A stretch of 64,000 nt of DNA. Source: the human T2T-CHM13v2.0 reference genome, Homo sapiens. The notes beneath the pieces were generated by a model that was not told the origin of the DNA, ran no database searches, and saw only the letters and a list, made by a program, of their open reading frames with translations. Location of the stretch: NCBI RefSeq assembly GCF_009914755.1, contig NC_060936.1. One strand, 5' to 3'. The translations under genes were made by a program, and so were the position numbers. Each line of letters starts with the position of its first letter. The first letter of the stretch is position 1. Positions 40,511-63,690 of the stretch are shown piece after piece.

Positions 40511-43500
40511 CTGGGGGACATTTTATTACAACTTCAATCTTGTTATTTGTTATAGGTCAGTTTAGGCTTTGGATTTTATCATGGTCCAATCTTGGTAGGT
40601 TGTACATGTCTAGGAATTTATCCATTTCTTCCAGGTTTTCCAGTGTATTGGCATATAGTTGCTCTTAGCATCCGCTAATGATCCTTTGAATTTTGGTGAT
40701 ACTGGGTGTAATGTCTCCTTTTTCATCTCTGATTTTATTTATTTGGGTGTTCTATCATTTTTTCATAGTTAATCTGGCTAATGGTTTGTCAATTGTGTTT
40801 ATCTTTTCAAGAAAACACCTTTTATTTTTTCTATTGTTTTCTTTTTTCAATTTCATTTATCTCTGCTCTGATCTTTATTATTTCTTTACTTCTATTAATT
40901 TTGGGTTTGGTTTGCTTTTGATTTTCTAGTTCTTTAAGATGCACCATTACATTGTTTATTTGAAGTTTGTCTTCTTTTTTTATGTAGGCACTTAAAAACT
41001 CCCCTCTTACAATTGTTTCACTGTATCCCATAGGTTTTGGTATGTTGTATCCCCATTATCATTTGTTTCAAGAAATTTTTAAATTTCCTTCTTAATCTCT
41101 TCATTGATCCCCTGATCATTCAGGAGCACATTATTTAATTTCCATGTGTTTGTATAGTTTCCAAAGTTCCTCTTGTTATTGATTTTTAGTTCCTTTTTTT
41201 TGTGGTGAGAGATGATACTTGATATAATTTTAATTAAAAAAATTTTTAAGACTTGTTTTGTGTACTGACATATGGTCTATCCTTGAGAATGATCTATGTG
41301 CTGAGGAGAAGAATGTTGAGTAAAATGTTCTGTAAATATCTATTAGGTCATTTTGGTCTATACTGCAGATTGACCCCTTTATCATTACATAATGACCTTC
41401 TGTTTGTCTTTATATTGTTTTTGTCTTGAAATCTCTTTTCTCTGATATAAGTATAGCTAATCCTGCTCTGTTTTGCTTTCCATTTGCATTCAATGTTATT
41501 ATTGATATGTAAGGAATTACTCCTGCCATTTTGTTATTTGTTTTCTGGTGGTTTTGTGGTCTTGTCTTCCTTCTTTCCTTGCTTCCTTTCTTCTTTTTAG
41601 TGTAGGTTATTTTTCTTGTGGCATGTTTTAATTTCTTGCTTTTTATTTTTTGTTCATCCATTGTATGTTTTTGGATTTAAAGTTACCATGAGGCTTACAA
41701 ATAATATTTTACAACCCATTATTTAAAACTGATGACAACTTAACACTGATTGCATAAACAAAGTAACAAAGAAGCAAAAAGAAAACTAATAAAAACTCTA
41801 CACTTTGACTTTGTCTCCCTGAATTTTAAATTTTTGCTGTTTCTATTTATATCTTTGTTTTATATGTACTTACTATTACCAGTGAGTTTTGTACCTTCAA
41901 TAATTTCTTATGCTCACTAATATCCTTCTTTTTTCAGATTGAACAAATTTCTTTACCATTTCATATTGGATAGGTCTGCTGTTGATGAAATCCCTGAGCT
42001 TTTGTTTGTCTGGGAAACTTTATTTCTCCTGCATGTTTCAATGAAGAAAACATAAAGGAGATATTTTACCAGATAAATTATTCACCAGATATTTCACCAG
42101 ATATATTATTCCAGGATTAAATTATCCTAGAATAATATATCTAGTGAAATAGAATTTCATTCAGCACTTTAATTTAGAATTTTCTTCAACACTTTAATAT
42201 GTCATGCCACTCTCCTCTGACCTGTAAGGTTTCTACAGAAAAGGCTGCTGCAAGATGTGTTGGAGCTCCATTGTATGTTATTGATTCTTTTTCTCTTCCT
42301 GTTTTTAGAATCCTTTCTTTATCCTTGAGCTTTGGGAGTGTGATATTAAATGCCTTGAGGTAATCTTCTTTGAGTAAAATCTATGTGGTGTTCTAACCTT
42401 CTTGTATTTGAATATTGATACCTTTCTTTAGGTTTGGGAAGTTCTCTGTTATTATGCCTTTGAACACATTTTCTACCCCTACCTCTCTCTCTACCTCCTC
42501 TTTAAGGATGATAACTCTTAGGTTTGCCCTTTTGAGGCTATTTTCTAGATAGTGTGGGCATGCTTCTTTCTTTCTCACTCTATTTTCTCTAGTCTCCTCT
42601 GTGTATTTTCTAATGGCCTGTCTCTAAGCTCACTAATTCTTTCTTAAGTTTCTCACTATGCTCTTAAGAGACTCTGATGTATTCTTCAGTATGTCAATTG
42701 CATTTTTGAGCTCCAGAATTTCTGCTGATTTTTAAAATTATTTCAATTTATTTTTAAATTTAGGATTCTTAATTTCTGATAAGATTCCTAATTTCTTCTC
42801 CGTGTTATTTTGAATTTATTTGAGTTTCTTCAAAACAGCTATTTCCAATTATCTGTCTAAAAGGTCACATATCTCTGTCTCTCTGGGATTGGTCTGTGGT
42901 ACTTCATTTAGTGTTTGGTGAGATCATGTTTTCCTGGATGGTCTTGATACTTGCGGATGATTGTTGATGTCTGGGCAGTTAGATATTTACTGGAGTCTTT
43001 GCAGTCTGTGTTTGTTTGTACCCATCCTTCTTGGGAACACTTTTCAGGTATCTGAAGGGACTTGGGTGTTGTGATCTCAGTTTTTGGTCACTGCAGCCAT
43101 ATCTATATTAGGAGACACTCTCAGCCCAGTAATACTGTGGTTCTTGCACACTCACAGAGGTACCACCTTGGTGATCATGGATAAGATCCAGGAGAATTCT
43201 CTGGATTACCAGGCAGAGATTCCTGTCCTCTTCCCTTACTTTCTCCCAGTACTATGGAGGCTCTCTCTCTCTCTCTCTCTGATGAGCTCCCTGGAGCTGG
43301 GGGAAGGGTGACACAAGCACCTCTATGGCCACGGCCACTGGGACTGTCCTAGGTCAGACCTGAAGCCAGCACAGCACTGAGTCTTGCCCAAGGCCTGCGG
43401 TAACCACTCCCTAGCTACCACTTATGTTCTCTCAAGACCCTAGGGCTGTACAATCAGCAGGTGGCAAAGTGAGCTAGGCTTGTCTCCTTCTGTTCAAAGC

Positions 43501-45254
43501 AGTGAGTTCCCCTGGGCCCCAGGCAGGTCCAGAGATGCTGTCCAGGAGCCAGGGCCTAGAGTCAGAAACCTTAGAAATCTACCTGATACTTTATTCTACT
43601 GTGGCTGAGCTGACACCAAAACCACAGGACAAAGTCCTTCCCACTCTTCCCTCCGCTTTCCTGAGGCAGCGTTGTCTCCCTCCTCATGTCTACTGCCACC
43701 ACAGGCTCACAGGAATGCTGCCAGAGTACTGTTGATATTCACTTAAGGCCCAAAGGCTTTTCAGTCAACTTGTGGTGAATGCTGCCAGGCCTGGTAGTTG
43801 GGGTCCCCTCTGGCCTGGAGTAGTTCTAGAAATGCCATTTAAGAGCCAAGGCTTGAAATCAAGACCCTGCTTGGTGCTCTTCCCCATTGTGGCTGAGCTG
43901 CTACCCAGGCTGCAAGACAAAGTCCCCTTTACTCTTTCCTCTCCTTTTCTCAAACAGAAGGAGTCTTTCCTCATAGCCACCACAGTTGGGAATGTGCTGG
44001 GTCACACCTGAAGCCAGTATGTCTCAGAGTAAGTCCCTCAGCATGTACTACCTGGTTCAGGGACCAAGGACACTTTAGTCAGCAGGTGATGGATCCTGCC
44101 AGGGCTGGTCCTTCCCTCCAAGACAGCAGGTTTCCTTCTGGCCCAGGGTGTGTCTAGAAATGTTATCCAGGAGCTAGAGCCTGGAATGGGGGGCCTTGTG
44201 ACTCTGCCTGGTGCCCTATCCCACAGTAGCTGAGCTGGTATCCAAGTTACAAGACAAAGTCCTCTTTACTTTTCCCTTTGCTTTTCCTCAAGAGGAAGAA
44301 AAGAGTCTTTTTCAGAGCTGTGAGCTGCATTGCCTGGGGTTGGGGAAGGGGTGATGCAAACACTCCTTTAGCCACCCAGCTGGTGTATCACTAGGTCACA
44401 TGCACCCCAAGTCCAGTGGCTCTGAACCCAGCATAGCACCAGGACTTAGCTAGCAGTCGCAGTCCTTGTGGCCTAAACTGCCTTTTGAATTTATTTAGAA
44501 CCCCGGAGCACTTTAGCCTGTGGTGGCAAGGCTTGCTGAAACTCAAGTTCCAACTGCTGGGATGGGCAATTCCCTTCTGGCTAGGGCTTATCTAAATGCT
44601 TCCTCCATAGGCAGTGGCTGAGTTCTGCTTGGTGTTGATAGCACTCGATTCCAATGCAAAGTCCCACAATTGCTGTGCTCTCCCTCCCCCAAGTGCACAG
44701 ATTCTCTTTGCATTACATGATCACTGCCATGGGATGAGGGAGGGGTGGTATGGGCAATTCAAGATTGTCTCTCTTACCCTCTCCAGTGCCTCTTTCAGTA
44801 ATTTGAAGTTAAAACCAGTTACTATGATCACTCACCTGATTGTTGGTTCTCATGATATGGTGCTTTTTTGTGTAGATAATGTTAAATGTGATGCTCCTGC
44901 TGGGAGGATGACCAATGGGGGCTTCTATTCAGCCATCTTGCTCCACCTCTGACTATATTTATATTCTTTAAGGAGGAATATCTTTTTTCCTTGCTCAATT
45001 TTATTTCAGACCATTGGGATTTGACATTTATTGTGAAATATTTCAAGCACATAAAAATAGGAAAAATAGAGTATCTGTATCCAATACCCAGTTTAAGAAA
45101 GAAAACAAAGTGTTACCATGAAGCCCCTATGTAGTCTTCGTAGGTGCCCTCTTATCATTCACTTCCATCCACAGCAGGATAACCTTACTTTGAATTTCTT
45201 GTTTGCCATATTCAAGCATTTATTTATATTTTTGCTATGCATACGTATGTCTCC

Positions 45255-45600
45255 TGCTATGGTCTGAGTGTTTAAGCCCCCTGTCAAAATTTATGAGTTG
45301 AAATAATGACTCCCAGAGATAGACTCCTTCTCCCTCTGCCCGGCGAGGACCCAGCAAAAAGACAACAATCCATGAACCAGAAAATATCCTCTCATTAGAC
45401 ACAGAATCTGCTGGCACATTGATCTTGGGCTTCCCAGAATCCAAAATTGTAAGATATATGTGTGTGTGTGTGTGTAGAGATATATATATATATACACATA
45501 TATATATATATACACACATATATGTGTGTGTGTGTGTGTTTGTTTTGTTTATAAGGCACTCAGTCTATGACATTTTGTTACAGCAGCCAAAAGGACTCCT
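45255..45600 (+). mobile_element. MLT1A-type LTR containing a (TG)/(TA)/(CA) microsatellite at 45455-45540
   Basis: tgctatggtctgagtgttt...gaatctgctggcacattgatcttgggcttcc...ttttgttacagcagcc. Confidence 0.8.
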
Positions 45601-46899
45601 GAAGCATATATTTTGCATGTTTGCATATATTTAAACTTCATGGAATGGAATAATTTCTTTTTACTCTTCTATGACTTGATTTTTCTTCCTTAAAATTATA
45701 TTTTTATGACTCATCCTGTTGATAAATGTCTGAAGTTCATTTGACCACTGTATTTAGGCTTCTGTCTAACGACTATATAACACTTCGCTTACTCATTTTC
45801 TTACTGATAGATGTTTCCACAGTATCTTGCTTTTCAACAAATAGCTGCTCTGAACCTCTTTGTGCTTTTTTCTTAAACATATTTACAAACATCCTTAAAG
45901 TATTTTCTGAAGACTAATTAATGGTCATAAAATATGTTCATGTTTTCTGAACTTGGAAAAATCATGTTACCCAAATGGAAATTTTACTTTTGTCATTCCA
46001 AAAAATGTTAAATAAGAACACACTATATGTCAGACATCATGCTTAGTATGGGGGATAGAGCAGCAAACATAGGCATGAACTCTGCCCTCATGGTTCTTAT
46101 ACTATTGTAGATAATAGAGGAGATTTATATGTTGGGGAATGTTCTGTAGTAAATGATGTCTGAGGTCTTACTTAATTTTGAGATTTTATGGTTCTGTAAA
46201 ATCAGACATGAGTCTATGAACCAAAATGATTTTAAAACCAAAATATTTTTCTTTCCTTCAGGAACACTTAATTATTTAACATGTAACCACAAAATGAGGC
46301 AATAATACTGAACTTAATGAGACAAAGCAATCAAGGATATTAAATTTTTACTCTTCAGTAAGAAAAGAATATGCAATTCAGACAGAAAGACTATGCAATA
46401 GGGAGTAAGCAAATAATTGGTCCAAGAAAAATAACTCCAATTGAAAGATAAGTAATAAGTTAAACAGAAGGAAACAAGATAGGTTGCACCAAAAGCTATT
46501 GCAAGAAAAAAAGAAGGAAACAAGCTTTATTTTTAAAAAGGGTTGAGGGGGGGTAGCTAAAAAATAAATGCCTAAAAATTCATGCCATAAACCAGATAAC
46601 GTTACAAATATTTCTCCTAAATCAAATAAATCATTAAAAAGTAGAACTTCCATGAAATGAGAAATGACCGAAATGCTACAGTGGCTCAAAGATAGATGTG
46701 GGGCACGATTATGTCAAGAATCCTCTCTACTTACTATGGTGAGGCCAGAACAAGAAAGGGGAGGGAAATGTGTGGCCTTCTTTTGTGAAATTTAAAACCT
46801 TGACCAGGGAAGGAAATAGGGAATGGCAGATTTTTTTTTTTTCCATCCCTTTTTACGCGCCTCCCCATCATTTTCTTTTGCCTGATATAAAACACTCAC

Positions 46900-48930
<2,031 letters not shown>

Positions 48931-48939
48931 GTCAGTCTT

Positions 48940-50756
<1,817 letters not shown>

Positions 50757-52137
50757 GGTCAGTCTTGATTAGCCTTTTAAATGAGGAGGGGCAATCACTT
50801 CAAGCTGCAGTCTGTGATACGGTGGCTGGGGAAAGTATGAGGCAGCCATTCTTGGTCTGACATTTGAATTCTCCTAGAGCAATACATGTATTATCACTGC
50901 AACTCCTTTCCTGACCACTGAGGGAAGATTAGACTTTCTTTAATCCTGTTCACAAGATCAGCACAACAAGTAAACAAGTAGAAGAGTTATTTTGGGAAGA
51001 ACACCATTTACATTCAAGGAATCCTGTATTAGCTCCCACTGGACTATGAGTTTCTAGAAACCAAGGACATATTTTCTTCATAAAAATGTTCCTTTCCCAT
51101 CATTAGTATCTATTACTATATCTGGCATAGAATAAATGTTTATTAGTTTTTTGTTAAACGAGTGAATGGAAGAGAGATTAAACATAATAACAGAAACCCT
51201 CATCATTGAAAAAAGTCAAGTTGATTAGTGTGAGGAAATCTGCACTTTTAAATAACCAGACTCCTTTCCAGTTTTCAAGCTGCTTGCTGCTTAAAAATTA
51301 GATAGTTAAAATATCTAATAAAAACAGGCAAACAAAGAACAGGAAGAAAAAGAGTGGCAGTGTCTTAAAACAGTGATCTACGATGTTAATGTTTAAATAC
51401 CTAACTTCTTACTGAAATTTAGGTTTCATGGAGAAAGCACATGGGTATTTTGCCTTGCAAAGAAACGATCCCATTTCTTGCATACTTACTAGGGAGAAAC
51501 ATTGCACTGTAACTGTGTTACTAGTGGGAAAAAATCTGAATTGTTCCAAGACACAGAATGTCATTGTGCCTAAAATAATTGCTGTCAAGTAATGATTAAT
51601 AACATATTTTCTTTCTAAAAGAAGTGTTTCTCTCTACTTTGAAAAGCGTAATAGTTTGGCTTAGAAGGACTTCTACAGAGAATGTGAACTGCAAATACAT
51701 TCATTTTACAACTACATTCCATGACATGCCTCTGAGTACTTCACGCTCTTGACTCATTGAGATTTCAGAATGATAGCCAGATTGAACTAAGCTTAATGTA
51801 TAACAAAAAACATCCTTTACAGGAACATGTGTTTCCAGGGTAACATAAGGGAGTTAGTAAAACACTCTGCTAAGTAGCTGTGAATTAAAAGATAGCATCC
51901 CATTGTCTTTAGTGTGAGATAGTGACTTGGCAAATCATTCTTAGGAGACCTCTATGAACAAGGCTAAAATGCTGAGACTTAATTTCCTTAAAATAAAAAG
52001 GTTGTATTCTTTTTGTTTTTGTTTTTGTTTTCCTGCAGCTTATTAACATTTACAAACATGAGGAGATAATCTTAATAAATCGCATTGTTCTAGGTTTTAT
52101 TAACATAGAATGATGTAACCTCAAAATGTAACTTAAC

Positions 52138-52466
<329 letters not shown>

Positions 52467-52605
52467 TTACATCTTATTCTTTTTTCTATTTAAAATTATT
52501 AAAACATTTTGGAGAATTTTACCTTAAAAGTCAAGCAACAATGCTAAAATCTGTTATTTCGTAAAAAGGGTAAGAAAACCCTATGGTAGAAATGGCAAGT
52601 AAAAC

Positions 52606-53190
52606 TGATTCTAGTGGGCTGGGGGAGGACCCCAGATGCAGGTGAGACCTTGATCCCAGCCAGTGTCTAAGCTCTTAACACTGTCAGGAGAATGAATTCA
52701 AGTATGAGTCTGAAAGTAATGAAAGTACAGAGATTTATTGCAAAGGGAAAAGTACACACTCAAGAAAAAGGAGTGTGGGCGTACTCAAGAGAGAGTCACA
52801 TACAAGGGGCTGCTAGCTTTATGGGTTTCTTTAACCATGAAGTGGAATATTCGTGAACATTTCTGGAAAAAGGTAGCGATTTCTTGGAACTGTGGTGTCA
52901 CCCATTTTTAAAACAAATATGGGTGTTCTCTGAACTGTCATGGCACTGATTCGTGTGTGATTTAGTATGTTAATGAGCATATAATGCGGTCCTAGGTGAA
53001 ACTTAGGTCAAATCCAGTGCCATGTTGGGTCCAGTCAGTCTTAGCCAGCTTAGTTCACACTCTGGTTTTTCAGGGTCTTATCATTTCATAGCTTTTGCAA
53101 CTATTTCAGAAGTTTCCTTTTGCTAGTCATATGAAACTGCTTCCAGAATTTTCTAATCTCCTGCAACCACCCTGTATTATTCCTGTCTCA
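52606..53190 (-). mobile_element. ERV1 solo LTR (LTR39-like)
   Basis: Minus strand TGAGACAGGAATAATACAGGGTGGTTGCAGGAG start; AATAAA; TSD aaac/aaat. Confidence 0.75.
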
Positions 53191-53764
53191 AAATTTGTAC
53201 TCTGTTTTGTTATGCAGGAGTTAACCAACAATAAAAATAAGATCTCACCATTAAAAAGGTGTATACTGTTTTCAGGGAACAAAAATAAGCCTATAATTTT
53301 GACCAAGGAGCATTTACTTGCAAAATATTGAAGCCACCTCTTGAATAATAATAATTCAAAATAACAATTTTACATAAAATCGGAGATCCTCAATTCCATC
53401 CAAGGGCGAGCCAGTTCCTTTACCATCAGTATACATCTCCCTCAACTCCAGGACAGGGAAATGGTCAGCCTATTCTGGCCTTGTGAGATGTTAAGAAAAA
53501 TTATCCAAAATTCATAAGACAAAAGCATGACTGTATAATCCTTATTGTTAATATAAAGGTTTTCTAGTAACCCTGAGTATCATCTGACTCTAAGGGAACA
53601 AATATTTGTTTGACTTCCTACTTACTACTATTGAGGACCCGAACATACTATAATTCTGTAATCTCAGATATTAATTTGTAGAAAACTGATAAGATAAAAA
53701 TTATTTTTATTTGCTATAAACATGTTATTTTTGTCTGATAGAGAAAATAAACCCAAAGATTTTA

Positions 53765-53774
53765 TAGATAGATG

Positions 53775-53815
<41 letters not shown>

Positions 53816-54086
53816 GCAGATTGATTTTAGATTTAGGATCTTGCTCTGTCACCCAGCTGAAATGCAGTGGCTCAGTCACAGCTCACTGCAACCTCAAACT
53901 CCTCGGTTTAAGTGATCCTCTCTGCTGACTCAGCCTCCTGAGTAGCTAAGACTACAGCTGCACACCACCATGACTGGAAAATTTGTTTTTTTTTTTTGGT
54001 AGGGACAGCATGTTGCCCAGGCTGGTCTTGAACTCCTGAACTCTCACAATCCTTCTGACTCAGTGTCCAAAAGTGCTGGAATTAAG
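53765..54086 (-). mobile_element. AluJ with (GATA)n-expanded tail (53765-53820)
   Basis: Diverged Alu preceded by ~13 GATA units. Confidence 0.88.
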
Positions 54087-54566
54087 GTAATACTTTTGAT
54101 GCCCTGCAGGCCTTTAACCAATTTTGTATCTCCCTTTCTATTTCTTTTTTCTTTCACTGACCATTCATATGTAGATCTCTCTTATGCTCTTTTGAACGGG
54201 CTGGTTCCTTCATTATAAGTTAAATAGAACTTTAATACTTCCTCATTAGGTTTGGGAATTATGATTTATAACATTTTGAAGATTATATTTTTGGCAGTTC
54301 TGGAAAGTCTTCTAAAATCTGCTTCTATCAGGAGAATCCACTGGATGGAAGGGCAGCCTGTGGATTAAGGAACATCCTGATAAACATGCCTTTGAAAACT
54401 GTCCTTGTGTCTCCCTGACTTTCTGGATTCCTGAGCTGCTACGACTGATCTGTAGGGTTTGGAAGTTTTTGTTTTTGTCTGGGAACAGAGCAGATTGTAC
54501 TCTTTCAGACTTGCATGTAACTATTTACCTAATATGTCTTTGTATTTCAAAAATTAAAAACTGAAG

Positions 54567-54880
<314 letters not shown>

Positions 54881-55501
54881 CTGAAAACTTGAGTTCTATA
54901 AGTCTTGTCAGATTACTATTTGGAAATTATAAGTTAAGGCCTCACTATTCTGGTTATTATCCTCCAGAGCTGAGTCTAAATACTCTCTTTAGGTTGTTGC
55001 TAGAAGTTGTGATATTTTTCTTATCTCCAGGTGAGAGCTAAGTAGACTTGGTTGGACACCCATTTTTAGTATAGAGACCGGAAGTTTGTGTATAATAATA
55101 TCTTGTTTATGGCACTGCTGTGAAATCTTTGAAGGTCTGTAGAAGCTTGGAAAGGTAAAGTAAAGAACTTGAAGGAGTCTATATGTCTTTAAGCAATTCA
55201 ATAGCTTGGGGTTCTTAAATTCTGAGTAAGTGGGAGAGGAAGGGAGGGAAAGAAGGGAGGAAAGGCCAAAGAAAAAAGGAAGGAAAATTTACTCAAAAGA
55301 GCTAAAGTTGTTTATAATGATATGACTTTGCTATATGTATTTTAAATCCTTGCATTGGTACTCTGGTTAATAAGTAACCAAGCTGCAGTCATACATTGTT
55401 CTCAGTCACCTATGTTCTGGACTTCATCAAATGACCAGTGTAAAAATGTTCCCTTCCCAAGATCAGATGCTAAATTCAGAAAAATAAAATTGTTGAGGTA
55501 T

Positions 55502-55641
55502 GTTTTTTGTTAAATTTGTTTTTTAGAGATGGGATCTCACTGTATTTCCCAGGCTGACCTCAAACTCCTGGACTCAAGCAATCTTCCTGCCTTGGCCTCC
55601 CACAGTGCTGGGATTACAGGCATTAGCCACCATGCCCAGCC
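55502..55641 (-). mobile_element. FLAM / Alu left monomer
   Basis: Single monomer; TSD tgaggtat. Confidence 0.85.
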
Positions 55642-55649
55642 TGAGGTAT

Positions 55650-58270
<2,621 letters not shown>

Positions 58271-58276
58271 AAATAA

Positions 58277-58762
58277 TGTTCTGTAACCGTCGGTTCATGA
58301 GCTGTTTCAAAGGTAGGGCATACCAGCCTGTCAGCATTGTTTAGGTATAGTGATTTGATTTAGCAGTCTATCTAACTGCAATTGCCTTTGGTGTTGTTGG
58401 GACCTAGGGGTTTTGATGGCTGCAGCTGATTGCATAGCAGAAATGTGCCTAGGTAGCCAGCTCACTATAAAAGATCCTCACCACAAGCAGACATTGGGCT
58501 TCCTGGTAATCAAAGTTTCACATATCTGCTGGTGATCATTCAATAATGGAAAACAAAAAGCATCCTGTGTGATCCAGCAGTGTGAGGACAAAGACTGAAC
58601 TTGAGATTGTTTCAGATCCCTTTCAAGGAATACTGTTTGCCTGCGGTTACTATACTCTATCTTAGCCTGTAATAAAACTATTCTATAAATATAATGTTTA
58701 GGGTCTGTAAGTCCTTTCAGCAATCAAACACTTAAGGTAATTAGTGCGTAATTAATGCAGCA
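58277..58762 (+). mobile_element. ERVL LTR (MER76-like, MER68/MER21 group)
   Basis: TATAAAA box, gggcttcctggt, catcctgtgtga, AATAAA, tgtaagtcctttcagcaatc, ends CA. Confidence 0.65.
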
Positions 58763-59369
58763 TGCAAACAGGTTGTGCTATTCTAATAATTGAAGTAGAA
58801 GCTGTAAATGTCAAAACATAAGAATATCTTTATTTATACATAGTAACTGAACTACAGTATTTCTAAGACAAAGTTAATACTGAATACCAAAATCACTTCA
58901 GCATAAAAATACTCACTTTCTCATTGTCTGTTGTTCTCAATCAGATTTCAGGAATCTTTGAAAAAAAATCATCTGTCCTACAATGATATTGAACATTTTT
59001 GTAAACTTCTAAATTTTGGTTGCCATTTCAATCAATTTTAAATCTTTCATGAAATTATTCATTGATAGAGCATGAAAAAAGTTTAGCTTTTGAAGTTTTT
59101 AGTGATTTGTAGGTCTTGAAAACAATGCTTGCAGAAAGATAGAGTTTGAAATTTATTTCTAAAAACAAAAGATGAACTGAATAAATTATACAATGACACT
59201 TGAATGCTGTGCAAGATTTAATTTTAAATCCTATAATAATATTTTGGAATATTTTAATATATATGGAGAATCTTTGATAGAGCACACTTTTTACTGAATT
59301 TATATTCTATTCAGAACAGAATTAAAATACTCATGAATAGAGAACATGTATTGTAGAATTTGGCTTATA

Positions 59370-60345
<976 letters not shown>

Positions 60346-60350
60346 CACCA

Positions 60351-60351
<1 letters not shown>

Positions 60352-60390
<39 letters not shown>
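60352..60390. repeat. (CA)n microsatellite
   Basis: ~19 CA units at the L1 tail. Confidence 0.95.
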
Positions 60391-60394
<4 letters not shown>

Positions 60395-60918
60395 CACTAA
60401 AAAAACCACAACAAAAAATAAGGTAACCTGACACAAAGTTGCACCAAATCAATAGCCAAAGTTGCTGTAGTTTCATCTTCACCTTCACAACGTTTCCCTT
60501 AGCCAAAAATGAATTATTTTGCCTCTGAGTTTAAAGCATCCATCAAAACAATCACAAGGCAGAGCCATCAGAAACCTATACCTGATTTTCATGACAAATA
60601 CAGGAGTGCTGTATTAGCGAGTGGAGCCACTCCTGTATATCTATGCACAAACACTTCAACACAAATTGGAATACAGTGGAAACTGTCCCCTGTTAGCAAA
60701 GCCACTCCAATGGAATGGAAAAATCAATAATTAGCTGATGTAATAATACTGAATTGTCTCAAAACCAACTCATGGTTGATGCCAAATAAAAACACTGTGT
60801 TCTTATTAAAATATGACATTATTGAACAAGTAAAGTACATTTGAAACCTTAAAAAATAAAAAGAAATTGTTTGGCAATTTAAAAAAAACACTTAACTTTG
60901 AATCAAAAACTGAGTTTT

Positions 60919-61266
<348 letters not shown>

Positions 61267-63199
61267 CTATGTGACTCTTGTCAAGTAATTCCATCTCTCT
61301 AAATCTGGTTAACCATCCCTTCTCCCCAAGGTAGAATTAGTCAACAACTTTACATTTGATCCACATCCACAATTCCTTAGCATGTTTTTGGTCACATTCG
61401 TATGATTCTAGTAAATTTGGGGGAAAAGTATAAACTAGAATTTAAAAGGCCTCTTCTTGCAATTCACTTTAGGAAATGTCAGCATTTTCTGAAAACAGAC
61501 AAAATGCCTCTTGGGTTTATTCCATGGAATCAAACACGATTTATGTATTTAAGTCACAGCTAAAACTAGAATCACAGAATTCTCTCTACTGAAATTGTAA
61601 GCAAGACCCAAAATCAGAAGCAAGAATCAGACATTAAGCAGAAACATAATTTAGACTGACCAAATAGTTGTCCAAGGATTCTGACTCTTGATTTCTTATT
61701 GGGGTTCAAAGCAGAGATCAAGTCAGAGAATAAAGTGAGATGGAAGAACTTCACTAATTAATGGCTCAAGAACAGACACAAGTCCGGGCTTTCTCAATTT
61801 GATATGAATTCTGTGAGAATATAGGGGTTGAGTCAATGAAGGACCAGGCATACTGGTTGATGTGTGTCCATACGTAGATAAACCTTACAATCAGGGCCCT
61901 ATTCATGACATTTTCATTTAAGCTACACTAGGGCAGGAGTTCTGGTCTTTTGATGTTGTTTTTCCCCTACTATATTCCTAGCTCTTAGATTAGAACCTGG
62001 GCTCTTATTGGTGTTCAATAAATATTGGCCGAATAAATGAATAGATAACTTGCAAATATGGTTTGAATATTGGTCCTTGTGCTTAATAGATGTGCTCCTT
62101 TGATTAACTGCTTAATCTCTGAAGCCTTCATTCCGATATCCTTGAAAGGAGAATAATCTACCCCTCAGATACATATAAGGTTTAAATTACCAATCTAAGT
62201 ACTAGCAGGGTGCCTGGTACATAGGAGACATTACATAAAAACTGATTTGTTTGTTTTTTTCTCCCTCAATTCATTACTTTAACTACTGTAAATATTTAAA
62301 GCAATATTATTATACTTTAAAAATATAACGACCACCCTTTTTTATGGTATTTTGCTGAGAGCAGTGAACAATTCTCCCAATTCTGTCTCAGTTAAATGAA
62401 CTTATGTGAGAAATTTTAATATATTTATTTATTTACTTATTTAAGGAAAGACCAAATATAGTATTTCCAGATACATATTCTTTTCTGCTTAATTCTTTAG
62501 CATTTTCTTTTAATCCTTTGAATTAGCTCTAAAATCCCTCTTCGGGGTAAATCATTACTACACCTAATTTAAGATACCCCATGGCCTCCTCTAGCCAGTA
62601 GTGTAAGCACAGGCTTCTAGAGTTCTCATTAGCTTCTCAAATGAATCTAAAATTATCTATATATACGTATCTCTATGTGACCTACAAAGTTATCATTGTC
62701 AGTGGCAACCATAACAGAATGTAGGATTACTGACCATTATTTTTTCTGTATGGCAACTACCACCATGTAAATGTGTACTTATAATGAAATACCATACATG
62801 AAAACCTCTTAAACAATGATAAATTCACAGCTGTGTTTCCTCTTGTACATAATTAGGGCCTCAAAAAATAATCTATTTTCAACATGAACAGGATTCTCTT
62901 TGCAAGAAAAAACAGATGGAGCCAAGAAGGTAAATAAGAATAGTGTGATTCGGCAATGATCATCTCAACACACATTATAAAGAACTTATGAAAATATTTC
63001 CCAGTTTGAGATGGAAACTAAAACAGCCATGTGTAGCACATTAAAATGTTAAACCTCCACATTTTCCACCAAAAATTTGTTTTGCACCATATTGTAAAAT
63101 TTTTAAAAATGCTCTTTGAGCCATTAGTAAATGTACCATAAGAATAGCTATCCTAAATACAAGTATGACCCTTGTGACAATTATGGTTTTGACTGCCCA

Positions 63200-63690
63200 G
63201 TAACTGTACTGGGTACAATTGCCTCTGCAACTTAGGTTATAACAAGAGCCTCCTCCCCTCACTGAAGAGGTGAATGTGTGCCTGGGTTATGCACTGCATC
63301 TTTATCTTTTCCTGCAATGACTTTCTTCAGGTTTGGTTGCTAAACAAGTTGGACAAATCAGGTCATCCATGCCCTTTTCCTAAGGTAGAGCAAGGTAGAG
63401 CCAGGTAGAGCCCTTTTTCTTCTTCAGACATAAATGTGACACCAGAGCTTCTGGCTGTCATGTTCCCATCTTATAAAATCGCATAAATGAAAGACAAAAA
63501 TGTAGAGAATCTTGGAAGTCAGTTTCTATGATCAAGTCATGAGTTTCCTTGGTTGCTATGTTCTGGAAGTTTTCCCTTCAACTGTATGAGCTGTTCCAGC
63601 ATCATTCAGTATCATTCCAATAAATTCTCCATTTTTGCTGAAACTAGTTTGAGTTGGATTTTATAACAGCGCTTACTAAAAAGTGTACAC
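63200..63690 (+). mobile_element. Old MaLR/ERVL LTR; contains (aggtagagcM)x3 at ~63383-63412
   Basis: ccaataaattctcc...aaactagtttgagttggattt 3' end. Confidence 0.5.

Noticed and set aside
43380-44330. Repeated ~200-350-bp blocks containing caagacaaagtcc
   Set aside because: Normal repeated structure of the L1M1-type 5'UTR
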